Below are positions 1-8,698 of a DNA stretch of 17,561 nucleotides, piece after piece. The translations under genes and the position numbers were made by a program. Source of the DNA: Candidatus Sumerlaeia bacterium (GTDB lineage: Bacteria > Sumerlaeota > Sumerlaeia > SLMS01); contig JBBQYG010000076.1 of assembly GCA_038208905.1 (NCBI GenBank), forward strand, positions 1-17,561. Reading direction: 5' to 3'. Position 1 is the first letter of the stretch; each line of letters begins with the position of its first letter. The notes beneath the pieces were generated by a model. It saw only the letters and a program-made list of their open reading frames with translations. It was not told the DNA's origin and did not search any database.

Positions 1-61
1 GTATTGTGGGGGTGTTGTTGGGGGGGGGGGGGGGGGGTTTTTTTGGGGGGGGGGGGGGGGG
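1..61. repeat. Low-complexity G/T tract (G18-T7-G17), probably a contig-end or sequencing artefact
   Basis: G run at 20-37, T run at 38-44 and G run at 45-61, at the very start of the window. The ORFs spanning it encode poly-Gly noise. Confidence 0.7.
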
Positions 62-83
62 AATGTTCGGAGATCAAGATATC

Positions 84-1193
84 TCAATCATTCGCAAGCG
101 CGCCGTCCACTTCGTCGCGCCAAGAGTCCTCCATGAGCATCTTGAACCGGAGCTTCACGTCATCGACGCCAAGCTCCAACTCGCCCGCGCGCACCGTTCC
201 TGCGGAGTGCGCCGTCAGTAGTTCGAAGAGCTTCCGCTTCTTCGCCTCATCGGTGTGTCCCGCGAACTCGTGCGGCCACCAAGTACTGGGAACAGTCTTC
301 CCGCCCCGATTGAGGGCGTGGCGGTATCGCTTAAAGCTCGGAACCTTAGCTTCGCCGTCCTTTCCCCACCATATCAAACCATCCGAGATAGGCCTCCTTT
401 GTTCATCGGGGGAATAAGCCCAGACGCGAGTCCGCTTCGGCCATACCTCCTCACCCGATTTTGGATGGATGATCGGGTAGTAGAGGTTCGGGCGCTCCTC
501 TGCCGTCTTGTTGCAGGTATAATCGGAGAGCCGGAAGACCCCGTCTTTATCCTCCAGCCGGTAATTCGAGTCGTTCTCATCGGTCCGTTCAAGCAGACCG
601 CGCGAGAACTCGTCGCTCTTCCGATACACGATCACATGGTCGAACATCGGGGAGAAGCCCAGCGCGTCGTTGGCTGTGGCGTACTTCTTCTGCCATGCAA
701 TCTGCGCGTAGAAGGAACCCTCCTTGCAGAAAATCTCGTCCATCATGCAGCGCATTCGGTGCTGCTCGTTGTCGTCGAGCGTTACGAAAATCACCCCGTC
801 TTCCGCCAGCAACTCCCGCATCAACTTCAGCCTCGGCCACATCATGCAGAGCCATTTGTCGTGGCGTTCGAGGTCTTCCTTGTCCACAGGGCTGGCCTGC
901 TTCAGCCGCTCCTTCATCAACGGGCTGTTCACGGCGTCGTTGTAGCACCACTTCTCGTTCCCCGTGTTGTAGGGCGGGTCGATGAAGATGCAGTCGATCT
1001 TGCCCGCGTGGGTGGGGAGGAGCGCCTTGAGGGCGTGCAGGTTGTCCCCGTGGATGACCAGGTTGTCGTCGAGCGAGGGTTTGCCCCCCTTGGCCGGAAG
1101 CGACTTCGCGGCGTCCACTTCCAGCTACCGGAACGGCACCGTCAGGTGGTGGGCGTAGACGAACTGCTTCCCCTTGAAATCGAGCGTAGGCAC
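84..1193 (-). pseudogene. mod: Type III R-M DNA methyltransferase (Mod) pseudogene, 3'-truncated and fused to a Res-like tail
   Basis: The likely true start is GTG at 1193, preceded by AGAGGGGG. It reads MPTLDFKGKQFVYAHHLTVPFR*LEVDAAK, with an in-frame TAG at 1125-1127. Mod motifs present: IHGDNLHAL, IFIDPPYNTG (motif IV), HDKWLCMMWPRL, LAEDGVIFVTLDDNE. The expected C-terminal PKP and DxFxGSGTT (SAM-binding motif I) region is absent after GHTDEAKK. Confidence 0.85.
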
Positions 1194-1367
1194 CGCAGAA
1201 TCCCCCTCTAAGCCTTGAATTGCCATTCATGTTGGCCGATCTGTACCCCGACCGCAAGCGGATGAGCCGCGGGGCGGAAAAAACTGTCCGCACCATCCCC
1301 CCTTGCCCCCCCAACCGCCCCGGTTTCCCCTCCTCGCGACACCGCCTCCCGGAAGCCCCGCCCTCCC

Positions 1368-2147
1368 ATGATCGACGGAAAGAAGGTCATCGTTGTGTTT
1401 CCCGCGTACAACGCGGAGAAGACTCTGGCGCGGACGCATCGGGAGATCGATTTTGGGGTGGTGGACGAGGTGATCCTGGTGGACGACGCGTCGCGGGACA
1501 ATACGGCGGCGTTGGCGCGGAAGCTGGGCATCCGGACGATCGTGCATCGCAAGAACAAGGGCTATGGCGGGAACCAGAAGACGTGCTATCACGAGGCGCT
1601 GACCCGCGGGGCCGATATCGTGGTGATGGTACATCCCGACTATCAGTATTCCCCGCGCCTGATCCCCGCGATGGCGGCGATGATCGCGAGTGGGCACTAT
1701 GACGCGATCCTGGGGTCGAGGATCCTGGGGCGGACGGCGCTCCGGGGTGGCATGCCCGTCTATAAGTATATCTTCAATCGTTTCCTGACGCTCGCCCAGA
1801 ACCTGCTGATGGGCCAGAAGCTCTCCGAGTACCACACGGGCTATCGGGCGTTCAGCCGGGAGCTGCTGGAGGCGCTGGATTTCGACCAGTTCGACGACGA
1901 TTTCATCTTCGACAACCAGATGCTGGCGCAGCTCCTCTATTTCCAGTGGCGCATTGGCGAGCTGAGTTGCCCGACGCGGTACTTCGCGGAGGCGTCGAGC
2001 ATCAACTTCCGGAGGAGCTGCACCTACGGCATCGGCGTGATCGCGACATCGTGGGACTGCGCGCTGGCGAGGCTAGGGTTCCGGTTCAGCAAGCTGTTCC
2101 CCGCGCGCATCCCCGGGCGGAGTCGCGGTCCGGGGACGACCGAGTGA
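1368..2147 (+). CDS. Glycosyltransferase family 2 (DPM1-like / polyprenol-phosphate glycosyltransferase-like)
   Basis: Motifs [38 protein letters not shown] (DxD-equivalent position), GSR and [13 protein letters not shown]. Confidence 0.92.
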   Translation: MIDGKKVIVVFPAYNAEKTLARTHREIDFGVVDEVILVDDASRDNTAALARKLGIRTIVHRKNKGYGGNQKTCYHEALTRGADIVVMVHPDYQYSPRLIPAMAAMIASGHYDAILGSRILGRTALRGGMPVYKYIFNRFLTLAQNLLMGQKLSEYHTGYRAFSRELLEALDFDQFDDDFIFDNQMLAQLLYFQWRIGELSCPTRYFAEASSINFRRSCTYGIGVIATSWDCALARLGFRFSKLFPARIPGRSRGPGTTE

Positions 2148-3094
2148 GCCGGAAAACCGTTGATCGCGCGTGCTGGTGCGGGGCCGGCGAGGCGCGGGTG
2201 GTGGCGGCGATCCAGTGCGAGGGGGACGACCGGTTCCGGCTGGCGCGGTGCGCGGGGTGCGGCGTCTATACACTGGTCCCGATGCCGACACCCGGGCAGC
2301 TATCGCGCTATTACGCGGAGGAGTACTATGGGGCCACGCGGCGAAAGTTCGTGGGTCCGCTCGCGGATCTTGTGGAGTGGTTCCAGCAGGGCCGCGCGCG
2401 CATGGTCTCGGCGCGCCTGGCGCCCGACGCGCGGGTGCTGGACGTGGGATGTGGGAACGGCGGCTTCCTCCTGGGGATGAAGGCCCGCGGCTTTCGCGCG
2501 GAGGGGACTGAGTGGACCCCCGAGAGTGCCCGCCGCATTCCCGCCGAGGCGGGTATCCCGGTGCATGTTGGCGACTTGCTGGAGATCGACCTGGCGGAAG
2601 GCTCCTTCGACGCGATCACGCTCTGGCATGTGTTCGAGCATCTGGCGCAGCCCGCCGAGACGCTGGAGAAGATCCATCGTCTGCTAAAGCCGGAGGGGTT
2701 GCTTTTCCTCTCGATGCCCAACCACGAGAGCTGGCAGGCGGAGCGCCACGGTCGCCACTGGTTCCACCTGGATCCGCCGCGTCACCTGCACGGGTTTGGG
2801 GTGCGGTCGCTGGAGGGCCTGCTGTCGTCGCGCGAGTTTTCAGTGCTCCATCGGCACACCTGGTCGCTGGAGCAGAATCCCTACGGCTGGCTCCAGAGCT
2901 TCCTGAACGCGAGCGGCTTCCCGCGCGACCGCGCCTACGCGGCGCTAAAGGGAACGGCGCACAATTCGGGAACGCGGCTGCTGGACCTGGCGCTGGTTTT
3001 TCTGCTGGCGGGGCCGTCTGTGGTGCTTTCGGTGATCGAGTCACTGGCGGGGCGCGGCGGAACCATGACCTTTGTCGCGCGGCGGCGGGGATAA
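2144..3094 (+). CDS. Class I SAM-dependent methyltransferase with an N-terminal Cys cluster (putative Zn site)
   Basis: Motifs [30 protein letters not shown] and PPRHLHGF, with CWC...CAGC at the N-terminus. Start reassigned to GTG 2144, which overlaps the GT2 stop (GTGA), giving 316 aa. Confidence 0.88.
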   Translation: MSRKTVDRACWCGAGEARVVAAIQCEGDDRFRLARCAGCGVYTLVPMPTPGQLSRYYAEEYYGATRRKFVGPLADLVEWFQQGRARMVSARLAPDARVLDVGCGNGGFLLGMKARGFRAEGTEWTPESARRIPAEAGIPVHVGDLLEIDLAEGSFDAITLWHVFEHLAQPAETLEKIHRLLKPEGLLFLSMPNHESWQAERHGRHWFHLDPPRHLHGFGVRSLEGLLSSREFSVLHRHTWSLEQNPYGWLQSFLNASGFPRDRAYAALKGTAHNSGTRLLDLALVFLLAGPSVVLSVIESLAGRGGTMTFVARRRG

Positions 3095-3206
3095 AAATCG
3101 CGGGAGGGCCCAACCTTCCCTCCCCCTCGATCACTCTGATGGTTGGCTGGTCCGAAACTGGCCTCAATTTTTTCGCAGAAACCGCATACGCAAGGTCTCC
3201 AAGCTC

Positions 3207-3944
3207 ATGAGCGCACCCCCCGACCGCCGCACGTTCGCCGTATCGGATGACCGCCGGGCGGTGTTGCGCCCCATCGTGGAGCGCTTCGGCCTCGATCCCG
3301 ACCGTGTCAATTGGGAGCGCCTCAACCGTGCATTCCTGCATCGCAGCCATCGCACCGAGGCGAATCTGGACGAGGACAACGAGCGGCTGGAGTTCCTGGG
3401 CGATAGCGTGATTGGCCTCGCGTGCACGGAGTACCTCCTGCGCGAGAATCCCGCCAGCGACGAGGGCGGTCTCAGCAAGGTACGCGCGGCACTCGTCAGC
3501 CGCGCCATCCTGGGCCGCGTGGGTGAGGACCTTGGCCTCGGGGGATTGCTCCTCCTCGGCACCGGCGAGGATCGCAGCGGCGGGCGACAGCGCGCCTCGA
3601 CACTCGGCTCAACGCTCGAGGCCGTGTGCGGCGCCTTCCATCTCGATTTTCCGTGGGAGGAACTGCGCCAGGTCATCTGGCGCGTGGTGATCGTCCCCGC
3701 GCTGGCCCACAACGAAGGCGCCGTCCTGGTCGATCACAAGTCGGCCTTGCAGGAGCACGTTCAGGCGGAGCTCCAACGCGCCCCCGAATACCGCGTCGTC
3801 GGCGAGACTGGTCCCGACCACGCCAAGATCTTCCACGTCGAGGTCGCCATCGACGGCCGCGTTCTCGGACGCGGCGAAGGCCCCCGCAAGCAGGTCGCAG
3901 AAAACGAGGCGGCCCGGGACGCGCTCAAAAAACTGAAGGGATGA
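3207..3944 (+). CDS. rnc: Ribonuclease III
   Basis: AFLHRS, signature NERLEFLGDSVI, EGGLSKVRAALVS, and a C-terminal dsRBD (DHKSALQE...GPDHAKIF...GEGPRKQVAENEAA). Start taken as ATG 3207 (245 aa). Confidence 0.95.
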   Translation: MSAPPDRRTFAVSDDRRAVLRPIVERFGLDPDRVNWERLNRAFLHRSHRTEANLDEDNERLEFLGDSVIGLACTEYLLRENPASDEGGLSKVRAALVSRAILGRVGEDLGLGGLLLLGTGEDRSGGRQRASTLGSTLEAVCGAFHLDFPWEELRQVIWRVVIVPALAHNEGAVLVDHKSALQEHVQAELQRAPEYRVVGETGPDHAKIFHVEVAIDGRVLGRGEGPRKQVAENEAARDALKKLKG

Positions 3945-4027
3945 GGGCTGAGGTAGGAGGATTGAACTGCAACGCCGAAGGCATCACCGGTAGTTGCCGT
4001 TCATCCCTCATCCCTCCTGCCTCATCA
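3939..4027. repeat. Inverted pair of four-unit heptamer arrays (GGATGAG-like) between convergent rnc and add; long imperfect hairpin
   Basis: GGATGAG GGCTGAG GTAGGAG GATTGAA (3939-3966) faces TTCATCC CTCATCC CTCCTGC CTCATCA (4000-4027). There is an inner GCAAC/GTTGC pair (3969-3973 / 3993-3997). Confidence 0.7.
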
Positions 4028-4034
4028 TTGCCGT

Positions 4035-5156
4035 TCACACTCCCACGCGCGAGCCGGTGAACTGCTCCGTGGGGATGTCGGCCACGGCGGCGCCGGTGGT
4101 GGGCTTTTCTGGGTCGAGGGTGAATTCCTTCAGGCGCTTGAGGGTTGAGTGGATCATCTCCACCTTCTCCCGGTGATGCTGGAACGACGACTTCAGGCTG
4201 AACACGATCAGGTCCTTGATCTCGTTCAGGGTGAAGCCCAACTCCGTGTGGGCCTTCAGCAGTTCGTCCGTCACCGTTGTGCCGCTCATAAGGCGGTTGT
4301 CGGTGCAGATGCAGCACCGCAGCCCAAAGTCATAGTACATGCGCAGCGGATGAAAGCTGATGTCGCGGACAGCGCCGGTCTGGACGTTGCTTGTGAGGTT
4401 GATCTCCAGGGGAATCCGGTGATCGCAGCAGTAGTTGAGCAGATCGCCATCCTCCTTCAGCCGGACGGCGTGGCCCAGGCGGTGGGCGCCGCAATCGTGG
4501 AGGGCCTGGCTGATGGACTCGGGTCCGTATGCCTCGCCCGCGTGGATCGTGATGTTGACGTTGTTCTTCAGGATCAGCTCGAAGGCGTCCTTATGCCGGC
4601 TGGCGGGATAGCTCGCCTCTGCGCCGGCCAGGTCGAAGCCGACGACGCCGCGGTGCTTGTACATCACGCAAAGCTCCGCCATCTGAAGCGTGAACTTTGG
4701 GTCGGCGTTCCTCATGCCACAGATGATCAGGCCCCACTTCACGCCAAACTCGCGCTCGCCGGCTGCCATGCCATCCAGCACCGCGTCCACGATCTCCGTC
4801 AGGCGCATTCCAAGGCGCTGGTGGAGGATCGGCGCATAGCGCACTTCGATGTAGATGATGTTCTCCGCCGCGGCGTCCTCGATCAACTCATAGGCGATGC
4901 GCTTCAGCGCGTCGGAGTCCTGCATCACGCTCAGCGTGATGTCGAACGCCTTGAGGTAGTTCACCAGATTGGCGGCGTTGTCCTGAACCAGCAGCTTGCG
5001 CAGCTCCGCGGGATCATCCACGGGAAGGCGCACCTTGCGGTCTCGCGCCAATTCGATGATGGTCTCGATCCGCAGCGAGCCGTCGAGATGGCAGTGGAGT
5101 TCCGCCTTGGGTAGCTGGAGGAGGAGGTCCCTGTCTATGCGTGCTTGTCGGGTCAT
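4035..5156 (-). CDS. add: Adenosine deaminase (amidohydrolase superfamily)
   Basis: Motifs LPKAELHCHLDGS, YIEVRYAP, VVGFDLAGAE, TIHAGE, HRLGH and TDNRLMS. Start ATG 5156 with AAAGG upstream (373 aa). Substrate specificity cannot be determined from the sequence. Confidence 0.9.
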   Translation of the reverse strand: MTRQARIDRDLLLQLPKAELHCHLDGSLRIETIIELARDRKVRLPVDDPAELRKLLVQDNAANLVNYLKAFDITLSVMQDSDALKRIAYELIEDAAAENIIYIEVRYAPILHQRLGMRLTEIVDAVLDGMAAGEREFGVKWGLIICGMRNADPKFTLQMAELCVMYKHRGVVGFDLAGAEASYPASRHKDAFELILKNNVNITIHAGEAYGPESISQALHDCGAHRLGHAVRLKEDGDLLNYCCDHRIPLEINLTSNVQTGAVRDISFHPLRMYYDFGLRCCICTDNRLMSGTTVTDELLKAHTELGFTLNEIKDLIVFSLKSSFQHHREKVEMIHSTLKRLKEFTLDPEKPTTGAAVADIPTEQFTGSRVGV

Positions 5157-5256
5157 GTTCGATTTCGCCTTTCTGAACTTGGAGAGCAAACCCCGGGGCC
5201 GGGCGCCATGTCCAGCGGGAAAAGACATCGAATCGGCGGGATCGGCGCCGAGCGCC

Positions 5257-6006
5257 TTAGTCGGAAGCCTCTGGCGGCTGCTTCAGAAAGAGGAAGAACT
5301 CGATGTTTCCATCGCCCCCCGCTATAGGTGACTCGCAGCGGCCCAGCACCGCCAGCCCAGCATCGAGCGCGGCGTTGGAGAGCGATTCCACGACCTGCTC
5401 GCGCATGGCTGGGTCCTCCACCACGCCGCCGCGGGGCAAGTTCTCGCGCCCCACTTCGAACTGTGGCTTCACCAGTGTGATCGCGCGGCCTCCAGGCCTG
5501 AGCAGACGGCGAATCACCGGATACGCGCGGCGAAGGGAGATGAAACTGAGGTCCGCGACCATCAGGTCGATTGGCTCTGGGAAATCGGCGGGTGAGAGGT
5601 CGTCCAGATGCGTGCGCTCTCGGGAGACGACGCGGGGATCGAGGAGCAGTTTCTGGTGAAGCTGCCCCCTTCCCACGTCGATGGAATAGACGCGCACCGC
5701 CCCGCGCTGGATGAGGCAGTCGGTGAAGCCCCCCGTGCTCGCGCCCAGGTCGATGGCGGTCGCCCCTGCGGGATCATGAGCGAAGTGGTCCAGCGCCCCC
5801 GCCAGCTTGAGCCCGCCGCGAGAGACGTAGGGACAATCGGCCCCGCGAACGGTGATGGTGGTTTCCTCGTCGATTGCGCGGCCGGGCTTGTCGAGGCATT
5901 CCGAATCCGTATAGACAAGGCCCGCGCGGATAAGGCGCTGGGCCCGTTCGCGGGACTCGGCGAGGCCGCGCTCCACCAGGAGGACGTCGATGCGCTTCTT
6001 CGTCAC
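5257..6006 (-). CDS. tlyA: TlyA-family rRNA (cytidine-2'-O)-methyltransferase (S4 + FtsJ domains)
   Basis: Motifs KRIDVLLVERGL, YVSRGGLKL, DLGASTGGFTDCL, DVGRGQL, DLSFISL, LVKPQFE and SPIAGGDGNIEF. Confidence 0.95.
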   Translation of the reverse strand: MTKKRIDVLLVERGLAESRERAQRLIRAGLVYTDSECLDKPGRAIDEETTITVRGADCPYVSRGGLKLAGALDHFAHDPAGATAIDLGASTGGFTDCLIQRGAVRVYSIDVGRGQLHQKLLLDPRVVSRERTHLDDLSPADFPEPIDLMVADLSFISLRRAYPVIRRLLRPGGRAITLVKPQFEVGRENLPRGGVVEDPAMREQVVESLSNAALDAGLAVLGRCESPIAGGDGNIEFFLFLKQPPEASD

Positions 6007-7319
6007 GATTCGTCCTCGCCGGCGATGGGGAGCTCCACCGTGACCACCGCGCCGCCATCGGGGTGCCCCGCGATGCGGATCGAGCCGCTGTGGGCCTCCA
6101 CGATGCGCCGCGTAATCGCGAGGCCAAGACCAGTTCCCTTGCTTCGCCGCGTATAGAAAGGTTCGAAGGCGCGGTCCGCATCCTGCGGCGACAGACCCGG
6201 TCCGTTGTCGCGAATCTCCAAGCGCACGGGCGGGCGCGGCCCAGCCCCGCGGGCAACGCGAATGACGACGCGCCGCTCGCCGCCACCGTGTTCCTCCAGC
6301 ACCTGCTTCGCGTTCATCAGGATATTGATAAGCGCCTGCTTGAGCTGTACCGCGTCGCCCATCGCCGGCGGGGGAGCGGATGGCACCAGAACCTCTGCGA
6401 CGATGGCGCCCTCCGCGTGATCGTGAAACACGAAGGAGGCAGTCTCCCGCGCCAGCGCCGCCATGTCGATGCGCTCGAATTGCTTCACCTGTGGATTCGT
6501 CAGGTCCAACATGCGGCGGACGATTTCCTGGCAGCGGTCGGCCTCGCGGCGTATGATCTCGAAATCCTCCCGCATCGGATCGTCGGGCTTGGTGGCGCGC
6601 TCAAGGTACTCCGCATAGGCCTTGATGATGCCGATGGGGTTGTTGATCTCGTGGGCCACGCCAGCAGAAATCTCACCGAGCGACGCCAGCGACTCGCCCT
6701 TCAGCAACCGCTCGCGCGCGCGGAGCGATTCCTCCTTCTGCGCGTTCACCAGGCCCACGAAGCCCTGCGTCAGCAGCATCAGCCCCCACATCAGCGCCAG
6801 CCGCTGGGCCATCGCGGGGACTTGCAGGACCGGCGCGGTGGCGATCTCCTGCCAGGCCGCGCCCACGAACAGAAGCGACGCTACAAGGAATCCGAACAGG
6901 TTCTCCTCCCGCGTCCGAAAGAGGGCGAATCCGCGGAGGATCAAGAGGACATAGAGAAGGAAGTACTCGCTGATTCCCGGCAGCGCCGGCTCTATCGCGC
7001 GATCCATGTTGTCGATGATGATCAGGATCGTCACAAACAGCGCATCGACAATGAACGACCCGAGGACAAACGGGCGCACCTGGCGCGGCGTGATTCGGTC
7101 GCGGGCAAAGAAGTAGTGCTCCGCTGCCAGCGAGCCCAGGAAGAAAATCGCCAGGCCGAAAACTTCGGGGCCCGGCGGCGTCCACCCGCGCAGCCAGACC
7201 CAGTGAACCCCACACAGGGCAAACGCCACCCACTTCAGGGGAAGGATGGCGCGCCGCTCCACGTCGCCCAGCCAGGCGACCTGATCGCGTTCGACTCCAC
7301 CTAGAGGCTTTTGGTTCAC
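6003..7319 (-). CDS. Membrane-integral sensor histidine kinase (HisKA + HATPase), no partner regulator in the window
   Basis: H-box GVAHEINNP, N-box QALINILMNA, DNGPG, FEPFYT and GTGLGL, with several hydrophobic segments in the N-terminal half. The start is uncertain (GTG 7319 preferred over 7448). The stop overlaps the tlyA start (GTGA). Confidence 0.9.
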   Translation of the reverse strand: MNQKPLGGVERDQVAWLGDVERRAILPLKWVAFALCGVHWVWLRGWTPPGPEVFGLAIFFLGSLAAEHYFFARDRITPRQVRPFVLGSFIVDALFVTILIIIDNMDRAIEPALPGISEYFLLYVLLILRGFALFRTREENLFGFLVASLLFVGAAWQEIATAPVLQVPAMAQRLALMWGLMLLTQGFVGLVNAQKEESLRARERLLKGESLASLGEISAGVAHEINNPIGIIKAYAEYLERATKPDDPMREDFEIIRREADRCQEIVRRMLDLTNPQVKQFERIDMAALARETASFVFHDHAEGAIVAEVLVPSAPPPAMGDAVQLKQALINILMNAKQVLEEHGGGERRVVIRVARGAGPRPPVRLEIRDNGPGLSPQDADRAFEPFYTRRSKGTGLGLAITRRIVEAHSGSIRIAGHPDGGAVVTVELPIAGEDES

Positions 7320-7452
7320 AGGCGCATTTCCCGGGCAGCGCGAGCTGAGCCGCCCGCGCTGAATGCGAGAGAAGGCAACGGGAATCGCCACCGGCGCAAG
7401 GAGCGCGACGGCCAATCCCGAATCCTGTTGACGATGGCGCCCTCGCAAGTGC

Positions 7453-7484
7453 TTGCATCCGAAAGATGCACAACGAGCTACAAT
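7453..7484 (+). promoter_or_regulatory. Candidate promoter for the vWA block, with a dyad in an over-long spacer
   Basis: TTGCAT (7453-7458), 20 bp, then TACAAT (7479-7484). Perfect dyad TGCATC-N5-GATGCA at 7454-7470. Confidence 0.3.
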
Positions 7485-7546
7485 CGACTAGGTTGGCGAG
7501 TGCCGAGCCACTCGGCCGTTGCTCCGCCGCAAGGAGGGTTCCACCC

Positions 7547-8698
7547 ATGCAGCGTTTTTTTCTGGCGCCGATGCACCGTCTGGCCACGGCACTGGCTCTT
7601 TTCGCAAGTTTGCTTATCCCGGTCGTCGCGCCCGCCCAGTTCGAGGGTTTTGGCTTCCGAATCTATAAGGTCGAGTCCGGCCTGTACCCATTCGTGCAGG
7701 TTTACTTCCGCACCTTCGACCAGAACTTGCGCCCGCTGGTGAATCTCAACGAGCTTAATGTCGGCGTCATGGTGCGCGGGCGAGCCTATGATCCCACCAA
7801 GTTCCAGTACATGGTCCAGAGCATCCAGAACCGGCAGGAAGCCGTCCGGTCTGTCCTCGTCATCGACTGTAGCAAGACCATGGAGGGCGAGCCCTTCGCC
7901 GAGGCGCTGCGCGCCGCCGCGCGCTACGTCGACAGCAAGCGCCCCCAGGACCAGATCGCCATCCTCGCCATCGTGGACAACGAACGCGGCTACGAGAGGG
8001 TGTCGCCTTTCGAGCGCGATCCCGCCGCCCTCGCACGGCGCCTCGCCGATATGAAGGCCGACGGCCTCAAGAGCCGCATTTATGATTCCGTCGCGGCGGC
8101 CATGCAGATGTGCGCCACGACCTCCCAGGGCGGCGCCACCACAGCCGAGGCGGAGTACATTATTTCCAACAGCATCGTGCTTATTTCCGACGGCAACGAC
8201 GAGGGCAGCTCTCTTTCCCGCGAGGAGCTCAACAACCGCATTACCAACCTTCGCGTCCCCGTTCCCGTCTTCTCGCTCGGCTATACCCAGGTGAATCCCG
8301 TTCACCTCTCGAATCTCGAATCGCTGAGCCTGAACTCCTTCGGCCAGTACTTTCCGGTCGGCGCCGACACGAAGGAATTGCAGCGGGTTGTCGAGGACAT
8401 CCAGCGCAACATCCTGATGAACGACTACGTGCTGACCTTTCGGTCCTACATCCCGGTGGACGGGCAGGAGCACCGCCTCAAGCTCGCCATCGAGTATCCC
8501 AAGGGGAGCGGCAAGATTACTTATCAGGGGGCCGAGTTCGAGGCCCTCATGCCGCCGCCGCTCAAGCCGGTGGTGGACGCGATGACGGCACTGGACGGGA
8601 AGCTGAAGCAACTCCCCAACGCGGACCCATCGCTTCCCCCGGGGCCCCTCGTCAAGTTCCTCCCCAAGGACTCCAGTGCCCGCGAGGACAAGAAATAG
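7547..8698 (+). CDS. Secreted von Willebrand factor A (vWA) domain protein, paralogue 1
   Basis: SD AAGGAGG at 7531-7537 before ATG 7547. Signal-peptide-like N-terminus ending VAPA. MIDAS-like VLVIDCSKTM...SRIYDSV...VLISDG. 383 aa. Confidence 0.85.
   Translation: MQRFFLAPMHRLATALALFASLLIPVVAPAQFEGFGFRIYKVESGLYPFVQVYFRTFDQNLRPLVNLNELNVGVMVRGRAYDPTKFQYMVQSIQNRQEAVRSVLVIDCSKTMEGEPFAEALRAAARYVDSKRPQDQIAILAIVDNERGYERVSPFERDPAALARRLADMKADGLKSRIYDSVAAAMQMCATTSQGGATTAEAEYIISNSIVLISDGNDEGSSLSREELNNRITNLRVPVPVFSLGYTQVNPVHLSNLESLSLNSFGQYFPVGADTKELQRVVEDIQRNILMNDYVLTFRSYIPVDGQEHRLKLAIEYPKGSGKITYQGAEFEALMPPPLKPVVDAMTALDGKLKQLPNADPSLPPGPLVKFLPKDSSAREDKK

Noticed and set aside
1-61. Poly-G tracts as a phase-variation repeat of mod, or as a functional G-quadruplex
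   Set aside because: The tract lies downstream of the mod relic, not in its coding region or promoter. It sits at the window edge and looks like low-quality sequence. Read evidence would be needed.
1125-1127. Amber recoding (pyrrolysine or an alternative genetic code) in mod
   Set aside because: TAG is the ordinary stop for both vWA genes, mtnB, the DUF6526-like gene and the DUF883-like gene in this window. mod is also independently truncated.
5257-6006. TlyA as a haemolysin or virulence factor
   Set aside because: The motifs support an rRNA methyltransferase. Haemolytic activity cannot be inferred from the sequence.
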